Part shown: one piece after another, positions 37,901-40,072 of the stretch | How positions within the stretch are numbered: position 1 is the first letter of the stretch | Layout: every line of letters begins with the position of its first letter | NCBI GenBank assembly: GCA_003990765.1 | Contig: RBNJ01000128.1 | Coordinates: forward strand, 1-40,072 | Origin: Jimgerdemannia flammicorona | Lineage: Eukaryota | Length of the DNA: 40,072 bases | Direction of reading: 5' to 3' | Made by a program: the position numbers and the translations under genes | Notes under the pieces: generated by a model | Database searches by the model: none | Told to the model about the DNA's origin: nothing | The model's input: the letters and a program-made list of their open reading frames with translations, nothing else

Positions 37901-38215
37901 TGTCTAGGAGAAGATTGCTAGTTGGAAATATGAGGGCTCACCAGTTAGTGTCTGATGGATGAAGCTGAAATAGGCTGTGAGAGTTTACTAGGGTAGCACT
38001 GATAGGAATGCTGGGAGGCAGAAGAAGAGAAGAGTGAGGTGGGCTTCCAATAGGTTGGTCAGATTGTAAATGGAATAGGCAGATTTGTTAAATTCTGGAG
38101 AGGTAGATGATTGGAGGTTGGTGCAAGCTAAGTTTGAGGTAGTAGAGTTACAATAGGTACTGAGAGAGGAGGAGGAGATACATATGAAAGATATGGTAGG
38201 CTATAAGATGAGCAA
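34981..38215 (+). mobile_element. L1-like LINE copy 3 (ORF1 + APE), inserted in or adjacent to copy 2, 3'-truncated
   Basis: It starts atctttctc. ORF1 is homologous (LLKKSISVFTVTLYF; VLVKFLKSLEGVEVGFEE). ORF2 ATG at 37108 gives MNSINNIFSLNVNGL, LLQDI, GSDFN, RID and SDH. Confidence 0.88.
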
Positions 38216-38349
38216 TGATGACCAACTGTGAGTCATTGTGACCATAAGACAGATATCTTGAGGAATATAAAAAAAGGATCAAGAAACTACAGTAGCAGCA
38301 ATCCAAACAAAGCCCACAGAAATAGTTCAAAAGACTTACCACAAATAAA

Positions 38350-38857
38350 ATGTCTACCACTCACCAAACCTCAAGGTCCAGGAACCACCAAGGCCCCTCA
38401 GTCTAGAAAAGGATGTTCCAAGACATCTGAAGAGCTATAAGAACCTGTACCATAAGGACTCCCAGTGTCAATCTGGGTACTGGTGACCTTTATTATTATA
38501 TTCTCTACTACTGTGAGATGGAAATAAGAATTACCATTGCTACTAAATATCTCTAGATGTGATAAGAATATGAAATAGAAAACCTCCTCTGCCAGAAATT
38601 CCCTCAAGCCAGCCCTCAAGAACTACAAGATGCTACTCTCATAGATATATGAAATAAGGATAGCTAAGAAGATTTATCAGATCTTCAGGCATATACCATG
38701 GTCAATCCCCAACTTGGAGTATACCAGAGTCTCAGACTTCAGGGATCTGTCAGCCTGCTGTATCAATACACTAGAAGCCATAGTGGCTATAGAAGCCCAG
38801 TCTACTATCACCCTCAATAGTGATAAAGTAGAAGACTTCTGGTATCCCATCCTCTAG
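38350..38857 (+). pseudogene. Decayed homolog of element B ORF3
   Basis: MSTTHQ...KRMFQDI*RAIRTCTIRTPSVNL...**EYEIENLL...(+1 frameshift)YEIRIAKKIYQIFRHIPWSIPNLEYTRVSDFRDLS aligns with ORF3 AQRAIERQWCTTEPLTI...QEYFKLGQVL...FQITIAKRIYKLFQEDESALAHLRGVTPSDFNQVR. Confidence 0.7.
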
Positions 38858-39146
38858 GACAATCCAGATTAGTTCCTGCAAGGATTGATCTTAGCATTCC
38901 AAGGTCCCAGCATCCAGGTTAGACCTCCCCAAACCCCACATTTATTCCTTATTTTGTGGAAGAGAATGTCATAGATTGGAGAGCCCCCACTGCTACTGAA
39001 TATGATGACATCATCAGTGATGACATCATCCCATGTGACCTATGTGACAAGACAAATAAAATGTTCACAGATCTCATCTCCTTCAGTGATGATAAGGATG
39101 AAGTCCCCATGATCCTGAACATTCTGCTTTAAAATTCTTGGTGAAA

Positions 39147-39283
39147 CTGAATTCTGCCAGCACTCTGAACTTGTATAACAGTTAATCCTTCTACTGATAT
39201 TCTGATCTTATGTGACTCAGAATTCTTCTAGCATCCTTTTTCTGTACCACTGAATTCTACCAGCACTCCGAACTTATACAACC
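39147..39283. repeat. Short direct repeat pair (~34 bp, period ~103)
   Basis: ctgaattctgccagcactctgaacttgtataac / ctgaattctaccagcactccgaacttatacaac. Confidence 0.7.
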
Positions 39284-39439
39284 ATCTGTATCAACACTAG
39301 AATCTGTACTGACAACTGTAGTTTTCTGTATTCCAGTATTTTATTTGATTATTGGAATTTATATTTAGCTTTATATCTTAGCAACCATTAAATTATATTT
39401 TGTATAAATATTCCTCTTATTTCCTTTGAAATAAAGTCA

Positions 39440-40072
39440 ATTCCTCTCAGTGCAATATATATAATTCCTTGCAAGCAATCTAAAGAGATAATAAGACAGT
39501 TTAAAGATAAGAAGTTTGAGGACTATAAGATCTTGAGAAGGCACTCCAATAAGAACTTACTTATAAAAAACTTGTAGTTAGTCTAAGAGATACACCTTGA
39601 AGAGAATCTGATATATTTGAAGTACTCAATGACAATATATATAATATAGTTCCCTCAGTTCTAGTTCACTTACACTCAATTCTATACAAGCAATCTAAGA
39701 GATAACAAGACAGTTTAAAGATAAGAAGTTTGAGAACTATAAGACCTTGAGAAAGCACTCCAATAAGAACTTACTTATAACAAACTTGTAGTTAGTCTAA
39801 AAGATATATCTTGAAGAGAATCTGATGTATTTGAAAGACTCAATGCCCACTATATGACAATATGTATAATATAGTTCCTCTCAGTATAATACATACAATT
39901 CTTTATAAAAAATCTAAAGAGATAATAAGACAGTTTAAAAAATAAGAAGTTTGAGGACTATAAGACCTTGAGAAGGCACTTCAATAAGAACTTGCTTATA
40001 ACAAACTTGAGTTAGTCTAAGAGATATACCTTGAACAGAATCTAGCATATTTGAAGGACTCAGCGACCACTA
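39440..40072 (+). repeat. Tandem repeat, ~215-220-bp unit, about 3 copies, running off the window
   Basis: aatctaa(a)gagataa(t/c)aagacagtttaaa recurs at ~39477, ~39692 and ~39911, with colinear downstream sequence. Confidence 0.9.

Noticed and set aside
38216-39430. 3' end and 3' LTR of element A
   Set aside because: No match to the 9844-10149 LTR is visible, so this segment cannot be assigned to element A.

Overview
Eukaryotic, very probably fungal, genomic DNA. An early-diverging lineage such as Mucoromycota is an inference from the element types and intron style. The window has two sharply different compartments. (1) About 1.6-9.8 kb is a CpG-normal island. It holds two tandem, multi-intron, minus-strand genes with a C-terminal Zn(II)2Cys6-type motif: the complete one is missed by the ORF track, and the second has only half the motif. 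(2) About 1-1.6 kb and 9.8-40 kb are a CpG-depleted, C>T/G>A hypermutated transposon graveyard. It contains the 3' part of a DIRS-like tyrosine-recombinase element, an old + strand Ty3/gypsy element (self-priming-type LTR/PBS, gag-dUTPase-PR order), three copies of one L1-like LINE family, two inverted copies of a foldback MITE, and a minus-strand gypsy gag/PR fragment. It also holds a near-intact younger Ty3/gypsy element at 23328-30028 (two LTRs, 4-bp ATAT TSD, gag-PR-dUTPase-RT-RH-IN) with an extra, non-env ORF overlapping the end of pol. A decayed homolog of that extra ORF lies at 38350-38857. The best candidate novel system is LTR retroelements carrying dUTPase in two different positions plus a conserved accessory ORF3. 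All calls come from manual reading and translation; no database searches were run.
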